Below, piece by piece: positions 1 through 10,300 of a DNA stretch of 64,000 nt. The DNA is from an uncultured Acidobacteriota bacterium. GTDB taxonomy: Bacteria; Acidobacteriota; UBA6911. The translations under genes were made by a program, and so were the position numbers. The notes under the pieces are model-generated. The model had not been told where the DNA came from. It was given only the letters and a program-made list of their open reading frames with translations, and searched no databases. Location: the NCBI GenBank assembly GCA_963809485.1, contig CAWEJX010000006.1, forward strand, positions 320,001 to 384,000, in the 5' to 3' direction. The stretch's first letter is position 1, and every line of letters begins with the position of its first letter.

Positions 1-241
1 CGGCAATCCATGCCCTCCCGGGTACTTACGCCCGGAACAGTTGCAGGACCCGCTAACCTGGACCTGCGCCATAAAAGCCCTGAAGAACGCCGACCCCAGC
101 AACGAGGAAGAACATGGGGGAAAACGCTTGCCCCGAGGAAGGCAATCAATGCTAAACTCGCCCCTTCAGCAGCAGCGTAAAGTGTCTCAAAATTTTGGGA
201 TCCCTGTGTACCACTTTTATTGAGGACATGCAGAGGAGAAT

Positions 242-2047
242 ATGAACTCATTACATTACAGTGCCAGACGGTTTTGGGGCTGGTTTATTGCCGGCGCTCT
301 CATTTTGGCTTCATTTATTGGCTGTAAAAACCTGGCTCAATCAGGAGGCGCCGGAGAGAAGAAGGTAACTGTTCTCGACCCCCGGGGGCAGCCGTCCGGA
401 GTATTCGGCCGGCGTGGCGAACCCGGCTCGCACATGATGGCAATTTTTAATCCCGAAACGCACCCCACAATTGCCCGGAATGAACTGGTTCTTCTTCGGA
501 TGGCTCCCAGGCTGGATAGCCTGGATAACAAAACGATTTACCTGGTGGATGTAGGTTTCGCCGGCGGCAAGGAGTTCCTTGAAGAGATGCAGGCGTGGTT
601 CAGTAAAAATATGCCTTCGGTCAAAACAGTGCTGAGTATCAAGTCAGGCACGCCGTTTTCGGACAGCCCTGAACTCTGGGCGGAAATCAAACAAAAGGCG
701 GACGGTGTGATCTTCGGGGTGGGCGGCTGAGACGGCTGTTCGGCGAGTCTCGCCGAATTTTCCCGGACCATGGAAGGCGAATATGGTGTGCCCACAGCCC
801 CTATTGTCACCTCCCGATTCGCGGAGTATGTCATACGGGATGGCCACTCCCACGGAATGAATCTGCGCTGGAGCTTTCCCCCATATCCGGTCGGGTGGGT
901 CCCCAGGGAAACCCTGCGCGGATATATTCAGGGGGACGATCCCGTCACCAAAGTGAAGCTGATGACGGAAGTGGTCGATGCGCTGACGAAACCCCTGACC
1001 GAGGATGAGAAGAATCCCAAAATAGTTGAAAAGCCCAAAAGACCCCGCCTGCTGGAACCGGAATCCGAGACGAACCTCCATCAGCTGTTCCTGAGAAACG
1101 GCTGGACAGACGGATTGCCTATAGTGCTGCCGACAGAGGAACGGGTCGCTGAAATGCTTACGGGAACCGACCATGATCCCCAGGAGGTGGTCGGCAGGAT
1201 GTCGGTCACCACGCATGAGGAAATGAAGGAATACACGGTAGAGAAGGTAGCCGTAATCGCTGTGATGGCCGGAGCCAGACCGGAGCACCTGCCGGTCATC
1301 CTTGCGATCGCATCGACTCAGCACCCCTCCATACCCAGTTCCACCGGATCTTACGGTAGCATGGTGTTAGTGAACGGTCCGGTTGCCAAAACCATCGGTA
1401 TGAACGGCGGCGTCGCCGCGCTTGGGCCGTTTAATTATGCCAATTCCGTCATCGGCAGGGCCTGGACGCTGATGAGCATAAACTTTGGCGATGCACGCCC
1501 GGGTGACACCTTCATGGCGACGATCGGCAACGGTTTGAGTTTTACCAACCAATGCTGCGCCGAAAACGAGGGAAAAACTCCATGGCAACCGTTTCATGTA
1601 CGGAAAGGATTCAAGGCTTCGGAGAGCACGGTCAGCGTCTTTCGCGGCTGGAACGTCATGACGCTGGGAATGGGTACTGCGGAAGGATTGCAGCAGAGAA
1701 TCCGGACCTTTGACTCAATGGGCACCTACACTTTCGTGATGGATCCCCTGGCTGCCAAAGCCCTGAAAGCCGAAGGCTGGAATGATCCGGACAAGCTGAG
1801 CAAATATCTGGCTGAAAAGTCGAAATCCCCTTTCCTCAAACCGGAAGGCATCAATTTTCTTGTGGTGGGGGGTGAAACCAATCCGATTTTTCAGACGACC
1901 GATTATGTCTATTACAAGACTGCGTCGGTGGACAAGTGGATCCCTAAGGGCGGGATCAAGCTTGATAAAAACCCCCTCCGCATGCCTGCAAGCAAGGAAT
2001 GCGAGGACGGATTGTGTAACTACGCCTATAACTATAATAAGAAGTAG
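242..2047 (+). CDS. UGSC-family-like selenoprotein (about 601 aa, Sec at codon 163), lipoprotein signal peptide, fused to a large C-terminal domain
   Basis: ORFs 242..730 and 770..2047 are in the same frame and separated only by TGA 728-730. Read-through gives ...ADGVIFGVGG-U-DGCSASLAEFSRTMEGEYGVPTAPIVT, a UxxC motif in a thioredoxin-like context. A hairpin follows the UGA. The N-terminus has a lipobox (FIG-C). Confidence 0.85.
739..757 (+). promoter_or_regulatory. Putative bacterial SECIS element
   Basis: Perfect inverted repeat TTCGGCGAG-T-CTCGCCGAA starting 9 nt after the in-frame UGA, with a G in the apical loop region. Confidence 0.75.
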
Positions 2048-2122
2048 ATGATGTCGAGTCGGCAACCTCAGGCAAAGCCTGAGGTTGCCGACTACGAAGT
2101 TTTATATTGTCGTGGCCTTCAG

Positions 2123-4162
2123 CTAGACTCCCAGCTTGCCTTTGCCTGCCATTGTGTCCGCGACCTTCTTCATGCCCAATTCTTCCAGGGTCTTCCGCGT
2201 AGGCCAGCCGTTGTTGGCATCCCAGCCTTCCACTTTGTAGAAGTGGGTCTTGAACGCCTCCACGCCGGCTTTTTCCAAATACAGGTCGCTCTGGTCCTCA
2301 AAACTCCATTTGCCGTCCCGATAAACAGGCTTGTTGCCCAAAGACATGAAGGTGGCGCCGGGCATATACATGAAAGGCGCAAACTGCTCGTTATCACGGT
2401 GCCTTCCCGCCATCACGCGGATTGCGCGCTCCATGTTCCAGATCTTCCGGCCGATCTCAATCGTTTCGGCGAAAGTCTTCTTATTGCCGGTAACGGCCTG
2501 ATAGTAGCGGTATTCCAATTCGGGACTGGGTCCGGCGATGCCATTCGCCGATCTGCCGATAAAATTGGGCAGCATCATTTCACAGAATGCCATGGATTCG
2601 TTGTAGAAGCCGGCATAGCGCCTGGCCCAGGAAACCATTTTGGCTTTATGTTCGGAATAGACGCCGGTCTTACGGGCCTCCTCTCCCTTCCAGCAGTTGC
2701 TGAACATCAGGGGATCCCCGGTAAACGGTTCAACCTTGGCCGCCAGCATTTCGACAAGCTGCTCGGCCGTATAGGCCGCCGGACCGCCGAATCCGCCTCC
2801 GCCGCTCACGCCCATGAATCCGTGCCACATGGGATCGCCGGACATAAAGATGTAGCCATAAGCCCAGTCCACACCCGGGAGCGAATGATGCCAGCTAGCA
2901 CCATAAGCGGGAAAGCGCAATGCGCCGGAATTCAGATCCTCTTCCAGCCTTCCCCACTTCTTGGCCGCTTCCAGTGTCCCTTCCGCCAGGTCCGCGCCGA
3001 TGCCGATTTTGCGCGCAATGGCATCGCAGAAGGTTTCACGAAAACTCAATTGCCCCCACTGATCCATCGGCAACGGATGCGACTCTATTTTCTTTCCCGG
3101 TCCCAGGACGCCGAGCTCATACAGATATTTGATATACCAGCCCATTCCCGGTTCCATCGGCACGCGGCCTTTGAACAGCGCGGGCGCGCCCGGCACCTTG
3201 TTTTCCATGGCGCCGCCGAATTTTGTGGCCCAGGTGCAGATTCCCCACTTGATGGCGACATCGGCGCCCTTCATCAGGTCGCCCATGTACCAGAACTGAT
3301 CTGCGCACATGGATTCGCCGCCGTAATAGGAATCGCGGGTGCGGTCGCTGTTGACGCAGGCCATACAAGAGGCAGGGACGCCGCCTCTCATGGGCATTGT
3401 TACCTGGGAGGTCTGCCCGTGAGTGACCCTGGTGTCCACAAGCGCTTTCGGATCCGCTACCTGAATGCTGCCGGTGCCGAGCACGCTGACAGCTTTCAGG
3501 TTCTTTGATCCGAAAACACCCCCAAAACCGCCGGTTCGGCCGCTGATGCCGCTGCCATGGATCAGAGCGGCCACTCGAGTCATCGATTCTCCTACCGGGC
3601 CGATGCAGATGATCTGCGGTCTAGCCGTGGTGAAGTCATCCCCGATCTGGTGCCATTCATCCCCGAAGCGGGTGCGGCCTCCCACCATCGACAGGATTTG
3701 GCCCTGTGTCTCGAATGTGTTGAGGCCCCAAAGCGTTTTGGCGTCTTCAATGGTCACCTTGTCATTAATAATGTTGATCCATACCGGTCTGTCGGCTTTC
3801 CCCTGAATCACAACCCCGTCCCACCCGGCAAGTTTCAGCATTGTGGCAAACCTGCCGCCCATACTGGTCCGATGGAACAAGGGCGTAGGAAAAGTTTCGG
3901 GAGCTATGGCGCAGACACTGGTCCTTCCGGCGCCGGGAACTCCGGTTGCCGCCAGGGGGCCCGACATCAGGGAAATCACATTTCTCGGATCAAATGCATC
4001 CTGCAAATCCCAATCGCCCGGCGCGACCGCCAGGTCCCAGAATATGGCAGATCCTATTCCGACACCGCCTCCGTATTCTTCATATTGGGCCGTATCAATT
4101 CTGCTGATCTCTTTGGTCGTCAGATTTATTTTCAGTATCTTGCCTGCGTATCCGTTAGCCAT
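2123..4162 (-). CDS. Aldehyde:ferredoxin oxidoreductase (AOR/WOR, YdhV-like) family protein, divergent
   Basis: GYAGKILKINLT start, GGRFATMLKLAGWDGVVIQGKA, GFGGVFGSKNLKAV, and C-terminal FYKVEGWD..GWPTRKTLEELG motifs typical of the AOR family. Confidence 0.9.
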   Translation of the reverse strand: MANGYAGKILKINLTTKEISRIDTAQYEEYGGGVGIGSAIFWDLAVAPGDWDLQDAFDPRNVISLMSGPLAATGVPGAGRTSVCAIAPETFPTPLFHRTSMGGRFATMLKLAGWDGVVIQGKADRPVWINIINDKVTIEDAKTLWGLNTFETQGQILSMVGGRTRFGDEWHQIGDDFTTARPQIICIGPVGESMTRVAALIHGSGISGRTGGFGGVFGSKNLKAVSVLGTGSIQVADPKALVDTRVTHGQTSQVTMPMRGGVPASCMACVNSDRTRDSYYGGESMCADQFWYMGDLMKGADVAIKWGICTWATKFGGAMENKVPGAPALFKGRVPMEPGMGWYIKYLYELGVLGPGKKIESHPLPMDQWGQLSFRETFCDAIARKIGIGADLAEGTLEAAKKWGRLEEDLNSGALRFPAYGASWHHSLPGVDWAYGYIFMSGDPMWHGFMGVSGGGGFGGPAAYTAEQLVEMLAAKVEPFTGDPLMFSNCWKGEEARKTGVYSEHKAKMVSWARRYAGFYNESMAFCEMMLPNFIGRSANGIAGPSPELEYRYYQAVTGNKKTFAETIEIGRKIWNMERAIRVMAGRHRDNEQFAPFMYMPGATFMSLGNKPVYRDGKWSFEDQSDLYLEKAGVEAFKTHFYKVEGWDANNGWPTRKTLEELGMKKVADTMAGKGKLGV

Positions 4163-4164
4163 GT

Positions 4165-4911
4165 CTATGCTCCTTCCTTGGGCGCCGGTTTCGGGGCCAT
4201 TTTGGGAGCTGCTTTCGGCGGCGGAGCCAGATTGAGGTCATATCCGGCAACGTCCGTTTGAGAAGGAGCTTCCGCCACCAGCTTGAGCGCTTTGGCCACG
4301 CAGGTTTCCACGCAGGCCTGCTTGCCGCCGGGCCCGCCCTTCTGGTTCCAATAAGGAGCGTCGGCGCAAAGGTCGCATTTGGCGGATTTCTTTTTCGCCG
4401 AATTCCAGATCGTCCGGTGCGGCCTTTGAGGACAGGAGTTGATGCACCGCTTGCAGCCGATGCATTTTGTCTGGTCGATCCTCCTCACATTGCCGTTGGC
4501 AGCATCCACATGACAGGCGCCCGTGGGGCAATTCTGGACGCATAGCGGCGTAACGCACTGCCGGCATACCGACATGACGATGTCATAAGGGTACTTTGTG
4601 AATGACGGAGCATCGCGGATGATCTGTATCCTGGATAAGGAAGGATTTGCCACGCCTTCGTGAGTCAAAGAGCAGGCAAACATGCAGCTCTGGCAGCCCA
4701 GGCACAGCCTGCTGTCGTATACGATGTATCCGGTCGAAGCCGCGAAGGACGGCTTTGCATCCTGCGCTGCCGGTTGCGCCAATACTGCGGCCGTGGACGC
4801 GGAGGTGCTCGCAGCCAGGGCGCCGGCAGCAATAGCGGCGCCGCTTCCGGCCAGAAAATCCCGCCTCAAAACCTTTTTTCTTTTAATCTCGGCTTTCACG
4901 GATTCAGCCAT
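4165..4911 (-). CDS. Tat-exported 4Fe-4S dicluster protein (DmsB/YdhY-like), small subunit of the AOR
   Basis: LRRDFL twin-arginine signal; CLGCQSCMFAC, CRQC..PLCVQNCP, CIGCKRCINSCP and KCDLC..CVETC motifs; ends 2 nt before the AOR start. Confidence 0.9.
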   Translation of the reverse strand: MAESVKAEIKRKKVLRRDFLAGSGAAIAAGALAASTSASTAAVLAQPAAQDAKPSFAASTGYIVYDSRLCLGCQSCMFACSLTHEGVANPSLSRIQIIRDAPSFTKYPYDIVMSVCRQCVTPLCVQNCPTGACHVDAANGNVRRIDQTKCIGCKRCINSCPQRPHRTIWNSAKKKSAKCDLCADAPYWNQKGGPGGKQACVETCVAKALKLVAEAPSQTDVAGYDLNLAPPPKAAPKMAPKPAPKEGA

Positions 4912-5035
4912 AAATGGATCTCCTTCCCGTCAGCTTAAGGATAGTTTCAAGACGCATGCGAGGATCACAGGGACCTACAATAACAAAAATCATCTTTTCG
5001 AACCACACCATTGCAGATTCAGCCGGCAAAGAGCT

Positions 5036-6151
5036 CTAATCCGCCCTTCGACGTGATTTCTGGCCTGCTGCAACTGCGCGGCAAAAATGGTTTTTCGAGA
5101 ACCATGTATCAAGAGCGACGTACAGAATCCTCTCGTCCAGGGGGATGTCCGCGGAAAGTAAATCCAGGGAGTTCATGACAGCCGAATCATGGTTCAGGGT
5201 ATGGTTGGCGCTCCCGTCCGGCTTTCTCAGCGGCCATTCATCATAGAGAGTATTTGTGAACCCGGCAACCTGCGCCAAAGTCAAGGTGTCGAGAAGCTCT
5301 CTTTCGTCAAGTTTCTGCAATATAGGGTCGTAGCTTCTCAGATAGTGAACGAGCACCGAGGTTGAGTGTCTGCTATATTCATACCAGGAAATTCCGTCGA
5401 CTGCTTTGTCGAAAACCTTCATGGCGGATTTGCCCAAAAACCTGAATTCCTTGCTCGCTTCGCAGTCGACGCTGTTGCAGCAACCGGTATGGTTGAAGAA
5501 ACCCACATGGTCCCGTCCGTCGTGACCGTGAGAAGTCTCCGCCAGCGGGTGGGCCATGCAGCCGACTCTGCTATTCCCATCAATGAATCCCAATAACTGG
5601 CACTCCGGCAGTTCGCCTTGCCGGGGATGCTTCGGAACCGATCCTCCAAGAAACAAGGAAACGGGCCCCGCACTTGCCTCAGGCTTGTACCTGTACCCTT
5701 CGTGCCTTTGAGCTGTTTTCATGTACTGAGTCAAAGATTGTTTCGGATGCTCCGGGTCATACAGGGCTAGAAACAGTTTTCTTCTTTCTGAGAACCGCCT
5801 TTCCATCTCCTCTCTTCCGACATCCGGGAAAGAATCCTCGTATTTGGATGCCTCGAATTTTGGATCGTGCAGAGGATTGAAATTCCTGAACTTCATCACA
5901 ATGTTGCCCGGACCGAGATATCTGCCTGACTCCCGAGGATGAGGGGTAACGTTGTTTTTATTGATCGGATGGAGTTCCTTCTCTCCGGAATCCTCCAGGT
6001 GTGAATCTCCCCCTATGTGGGGAAGACAACATCGGACGCATGAGACGTTCCTGTATTGGCACAGGCTCGCTTCGTTACCTTCGCCCGAACGCATTATCTC
6101 CTGCTCTGCGAGGTTTCTGCTTTCCTGTTCGTCTGAGTAGGACATGGGCAA
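5036..6151 (-). CDS. Cys-cluster hypothetical protein (CxxCC...C...GCxxHP...CC..C; YkgJ-like metal-binding pattern)
   Basis: 371-aa ORF with clustered Cys (CVRCC, ECQLLG, GCMAHP, GCCNSVDC). The last ~15 residues may be frameshifted. Confidence 0.55.
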   Translation of the reverse strand: MPMSYSDEQESRNLAEQEIMRSGEGNEASLCQYRNVSCVRCCLPHIGGDSHLEDSGEKELHPINKNNVTPHPRESGRYLGPGNIVMKFRNFNPLHDPKFEASKYEDSFPDVGREEMERRFSERRKLFLALYDPEHPKQSLTQYMKTAQRHEGYRYKPEASAGPVSLFLGGSVPKHPRQGELPECQLLGFIDGNSRVGCMAHPLAETSHGHDGRDHVGFFNHTGCCNSVDCEASKEFRFLGKSAMKVFDKAVDGISWYEYSRHSTSVLVHYLRSYDPILQKLDERELLDTLTLAQVAGFTNTLYDEWPLRKPDGSANHTLNHDSAVMNSLDLLSADIPLDERILYVALDTWFSKNHFCRAVAAGQKSRRRAD

Positions 6152-6253
6152 TAGGAAACCGGCTATGAAGATTTCCTCATGACATCACAATTTATGACCT
6201 GACCGGGAAATCTTAACATTTCTGGCTTTTCCAGGAGCCGACCGCTCAACCAA

Positions 6254-7657
6254 TCACCGATTTTGTTGACTGAAGCTATATAAGGCCTTGGCGGTGCGGA
6301 TATAGATGCTCTTGCCCCCGATTGCGGGCGTAGCCTGGCACTCTTCTCCCAGATCATTCACGGCCAGCACTTCCCACTGTGCATCCGCCTTCAAGACGCT
6401 GACTTTCCCGTCGTTGCTCACCAGGTAGACCTTCCCATCCGCGGCGACGGGTGATGCAAAATATGTTTCGATCGCTTTTTCAGACCGGCCGCTCTTCAAC
6501 ACGTCGCCGGTTGCGGGATTCAGGCTGGTTATAATGCCCCCGTCCTTTACCGTGTAAAGAACATCCCGGTATACCAGCGGCGAAGTGACTTCCGAATAGG
6601 CTTTCTTGAAACGCCAAAGCAGGTGATTCCGGGTCTGGTCCCCCAATCCCCCGGCTAGCACCGCGGCGAGGCCGTGCTCGGAAACACTTAGCTTCAAAAT
6701 CTCATCCCATTCCGTCTCGGTAAGATATCCGTCTCCATTCCTGTCTGCCCACCCGAAATGGTCGCCAAGATCGGGCACTGCCGCGGCTTCTTCAGCCGAA
6801 ATCTTTCCATCCTTGTTCGCATCCATTCCCACCAGTTTGGTCCAAGGATCAAACGTTGGTTTTTCCGCGCCATAGGAGGTTGCATAGATGATTCCGTTCG
6901 CCAGCGCGGGCGTCGAGATGGGGGATGTCCCTTGATTTCCCACCCACCATAGGTTTTCGCCCGAATCAATGTCGTAAGCGTCGATCCGGTAGGAGCCCGA
7001 CACAATCACTTGTGCCTTTTGGTCGGGAGTCGTCCATATTATTGGCGTGGAGAAAGCCTCAAGCTTTGCCTCTTTCCGCTCCTTGCGCCACCGTAAGCGT
7101 CCTGTGTCCTTGGCGAGCGCGATGATGAAGGACCCGCCAACCTGATCGCACACCAATACCAGCGTGCCGCCGTGTATGATCGGCGAGGAGGATACCCCAT
7201 AAAAACTGTTAAAGGGACCCAGCTTGAACCGCCATCGCTCTTTGCCTGCAGGGTCGTAGGAAACCAGGCCGAGATCAGGGAAAAACACATAGAAATTTCT
7301 GCCGTCCGTGGCTGGAGTCGGTGTCGACGTATCATTTCCCTTATAGATTTTCTGCGCGCGATCCCTCGATAACTCGCGCTGCCAAATGATTCGCCCTGTT
7401 TTGCGATCCAGGCAAACGGTGACCAGCCTCGGCCCCTCGCTGCCGGTAGCCACTATTTTGTCAGCCGTCAAAATGGGCGATGACCTTCCGAAAGGCAGTT
7501 CCTGGCGCCAGTCGAGGTTTTTAACCGGTCCGAACTCCACCGGCAATGAAGTGGCATTCGAAATCCCGCTCCCGTTGGGCCCGCGGAAACGGTTCCAGTC
7601 CTCGGTCCAGCCGGTTGCGGCAATCGTCAAAATGACAATCGGAAGCAGTTTTGTCAT
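6254..7657 (-). CDS. PQQ-binding-like beta-propeller repeat protein (BamB-like) with an EF-hand pair
   Basis: Signal peptide, DWNRFRGPNGSG start, repeated SSP/TP...G..xW blades, EF-hand loops DANKDGKISAEE and DRNGDGYLTETE. Confidence 0.85.
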   Translation of the reverse strand: MTKLLPIVILTIAATGWTEDWNRFRGPNGSGISNATSLPVEFGPVKNLDWRQELPFGRSSPILTADKIVATGSEGPRLVTVCLDRKTGRIIWQRELSRDRAQKIYKGNDTSTPTPATDGRNFYVFFPDLGLVSYDPAGKERWRFKLGPFNSFYGVSSSPIIHGGTLVLVCDQVGGSFIIALAKDTGRLRWRKERKEAKLEAFSTPIIWTTPDQKAQVIVSGSYRIDAYDIDSGENLWWVGNQGTSPISTPALANGIIYATSYGAEKPTFDPWTKLVGMDANKDGKISAEEAAAVPDLGDHFGWADRNGDGYLTETEWDEILKLSVSEHGLAAVLAGGLGDQTRNHLLWRFKKAYSEVTSPLVYRDVLYTVKDGGIITSLNPATGDVLKSGRSEKAIETYFASPVAADGKVYLVSNDGKVSVLKADAQWEVLAVNDLGEECQATPAIGGKSIYIRTAKALYSFSQQNR

Positions 7658-7694
7658 AGTCTTCCCCCTATTTGCCATGTGAGACTCTGATCAG

Positions 7695-8492
7695 TCACCG
7701 AATTTTGATATGGTCGCCTATGCGGCGCATGCGGGCCAGTTCATCTCCTGTCATGGGCGCTTGTTCAAGGATCGCCAGGTTCTGCCGCATCTGGTCCAAA
7801 GTCCTGGCTCCGGTCATGCAAACGTCCACTGCATGATGGGATAGAACAAATCGATAGCATTCGACGGCAGTAGGAACTCTTTCGCCGGGAGGCATCTTTT
7901 GGGGCCTCAGGAGCTTGCCCCAGGCTGTGCCTGTAAAATTAACAACTCCGGGCCTGTCATTCCCCGCCAGGTGTGGGAAAATTTCAGTCTCAGCACTCCG
8001 GTGCGCGGCGTTATATCGAAGGTGGAAGACATCGAATATTCCGGCGCCAAGGAGCCTGGGAAACAAAAGGCGACTATGGCTGGAAATGCCGAGGAAGCGC
8101 ACAAGGCCCTTTTCCTTCAGACGCATGGCTCCATCGATGATGCCCGCTGAGGGGGGTCTGTAAAATCCGCCCAGTATCAGCACATCCGCATAATCCAATC
8201 CCGCGGCCTTCAATCCCTTGACCAGGAAATGCTCGGTCAGAAATGACTGATGGGCATAGCTGAACATCGAAAGGACCAGGCGGTCCCGCTGGCCCCTGCC
8301 AGTGATATTGCGGACAGCATCGCGAAAATGGGGCGAGTAGCCTTTGACAAAGGTTCCCCATGTCATGTAATTGCAGCCGTGTTCAAAGGCTTCTTCTATA
8401 GCCTTCGCCGGCGCCCAATAGCCGGAGGCTATGCCCAGTCGGCATACGCTGAGTCCGGTTCTTCCCAATAAGACTTTTTCACAGAATTTCAT
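7695..8492 (-). CDS. Aldo/keto reductase family protein
   Basis: LGRTGLSVCRLG, LKEKGLVRFLGISSH, YNAAHR and RFVLSH..VDVCMTG motifs; ATGA overlap with the upstream gene. Confidence 0.85.
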   Translation of the reverse strand: MKFCEKVLLGRTGLSVCRLGIASGYWAPAKAIEEAFEHGCNYMTWGTFVKGYSPHFRDAVRNITGRGQRDRLVLSMFSYAHQSFLTEHFLVKGLKAAGLDYADVLILGGFYRPPSAGIIDGAMRLKEKGLVRFLGISSHSRLLFPRLLGAGIFDVFHLRYNAAHRSAETEIFPHLAGNDRPGVVNFTGTAWGKLLRPQKMPPGERVPTAVECYRFVLSHHAVDVCMTGARTLDQMRQNLAILEQAPMTGDELARMRRIGDHIKIR

Positions 8493-8893
8493 GCCGTTAC
8501 CAGGATCATCCATTGCACGCCGAAGCGATCCACGACCATGCCGAAAAGAGGGGAATAGAAAGTTTGAGCCAGAGGCATCCGGATTTTTCCGCCTTCGGCG
8601 AGGGCTTGAAACATGCGTGAAGCCTGGGCTTCGCTTGCCAGTGCCAGTGTGAGGGAAAAGCCCTGGAAATTCGGTAGCCCGCTGCAGAGGCCATCTGAAA
8701 CCATGACGGTTGTTTCCCCGATGCGGAGATTGGCATGCATGATTTTATCCTCCGTTCCCGGGCGGCTTGAGTCCCGGTCGGGATTGTCTTTGTAACGCAG
8801 GAGCGCAGTGACCTCGGCGCCCAGCGCGTCACGGTAGAATTCAATAGCTTCGTCGCAGCGGCCCTCGAAGAACAGGTAGGGTTCAATTTTCAT
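8489..8893 (-). CDS. VOC/PhnB family protein
   Basis: PYLFFEGRCDEAIEFY, IMHANLRIG and FGMVVDRFGVQW motifs. Confidence 0.9.
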   Translation of the reverse strand: MKIEPYLFFEGRCDEAIEFYRDALGAEVTALLRYKDNPDRDSSRPGTEDKIMHANLRIGETTVMVSDGLCSGLPNFQGFSLTLALASEAQASRMFQALAEGGKIRMPLAQTFYSPLFGMVVDRFGVQWMILVTA

Positions 8894-9160
8894 GGATTTT
8901 TCCCCCCAATCTTATCTTGAATATCACACGGCATGGAAGAGGTGTCAATTTCGGGCAGGCAGAACTCGCAGGAATTGCCGGTCAGTTCCTGGCGACTAAG
9001 GCGCGCAGCGGCGAATATCCTTGAGAGAATCACCATCGAAAAATCCTCCGCGGTGCCCGGAACCTGGTTTTGTTAAGGCAATGCCGGGTATCTTTCGAGT
9101 AGGCTATTCTTCAGACCATGGCCGTTATCTCTGGAGAGCGTCGCCCTCAACTGGGGCCGA

Positions 9161-9568
9161 TCAGCAGCGGCAAATCGAAAGGCCGCAGTTGTTGTATCGA
9201 GCCCGGACTGCCGGGATTTTCAGGATTCGTTCCGTCTCTGCATCGTCGGCCATGGAATGCCCCAGCATATCCACCCAGAAATCCACCCAATTGTGGCCGC
9301 TTGAGGCGTCGGTTGAGGTCAGTGCCGCCTCCAGTTCCGAAAGATCGCACCCCACTTCACATACTGAAAAGCAACCCGATGCAATCTTGATGCGTGCATT
9401 CTCCAGCAAACGGTCTGCTTCGCCGGGCAGCGTGACATGCCGCAAATGCAGGGCATCGCGCCAGCCGGCCAGTACAGCCCAACGCAATCCAAATTGCTTC
9501 AGCACTGCTTCTTCAAGTACGCCCGCATCTTCGCCGCTTTTCTGATTTTCCATTCCCATGGCGCCCAT
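9161..9568 (-). CDS. Hypothetical helical protein with Cys motifs (possibly DUF2096-like)
   Basis: 135-aa ORF with an RBS, downstream of the response regulator; motifs CFSVCEVGC and C-terminal CGLSICRC. The DUF2096 resemblance is from memory only. Confidence 0.55.
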   Translation of the reverse strand: MGAMGMENQKSGEDAGVLEEAVLKQFGLRWAVLAGWRDALHLRHVTLPGEADRLLENARIKIASGCFSVCEVGCDLSELEAALTSTDASSGHNWVDFWVDMLGHSMADDAETERILKIPAVRARYNNCGLSICRC

Positions 9569-9631
9569 TCCTTTCTGAGCAATACCTATATACCGCTCTT
9601 CCTGCCGACATTCGCCTCGTGCCGGCGAATC

Positions 9632-10300
9632 TCACGGCCAGGATTCAAGATTGATGAGACCGCGCTTCAAGGCATACTTCACCAATGCCGTGACATCGTG
9701 CAGATCGAGCTTGCGCATGATATTGGTGCGGTGTGTGTCAACGGTTTTTCTGCCGAGTCCCAGGAGATCGGCGATCTGCTGGTTGGTGTGGCCTTCCGCG
9801 ATGAGCTTCAGGACTTCGGACTCACGGGCGGTGAGTGCCGAACCGGAGTCCCCATGTTCGCTGGACCGGGTTCTGCGAACGTAATCCTTGATGAGTTTCG
9901 CTGCAACCGCAGGGTGTAGAGCCGATCCCCCTTTGTCCACTTCCCGAATGGCGCGCAGGAGGTCATCGCTCGCCGCACGCTTGAGAACATACCCGGATGC
10001 TCCCGCTTTGAGAATTTGACGAATATATTCCTCATCGTCGTACATGCTTAAAATGAGCACTTTGATATCCGGGTGCCTGTCGTGCAGTTGCTGGGCAGCC
10101 TGCATACCATTCATGCCGGGCATGATCAGATCCATCACGATGATGTCCGGCGAGATTTTTGCGGCCAGCTCGATCGCCTGTGCGCCATCGCAAGCCTCTC
10201 CTACAACTTCCATATCCGGCTCTGCTGAAAGCAGGGCGCGGATTCCTTCCCGAAAAATGGTGTGGTCGTCAACGAGCAGCACCTTGATCATAGGGTTCAT
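9632..10300 (-). CDS. NarL/FixJ-family response regulator (REC + LuxR HTH)
   Basis: VLLVDDH, PDIIVMDLIMPGMNG, GASGYVLK and LTARESEVLKLIAEG..NQQIA motifs. Confidence 0.95.
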   Translation of the reverse strand: MNPMIKVLLVDDHTIFREGIRALLSAEPDMEVVGEACDGAQAIELAAKISPDIIVMDLIMPGMNGMQAAQQLHDRHPDIKVLILSMYDDEEYIRQILKAGASGYVLKRAASDDLLRAIREVDKGGSALHPAVAAKLIKDYVRRTRSSEHGDSGSALTARESEVLKLIAEGHTNQQIADLLGLGRKTVDTHRTNIMRKLDLHDVTALVKYALKRGLINLESWP

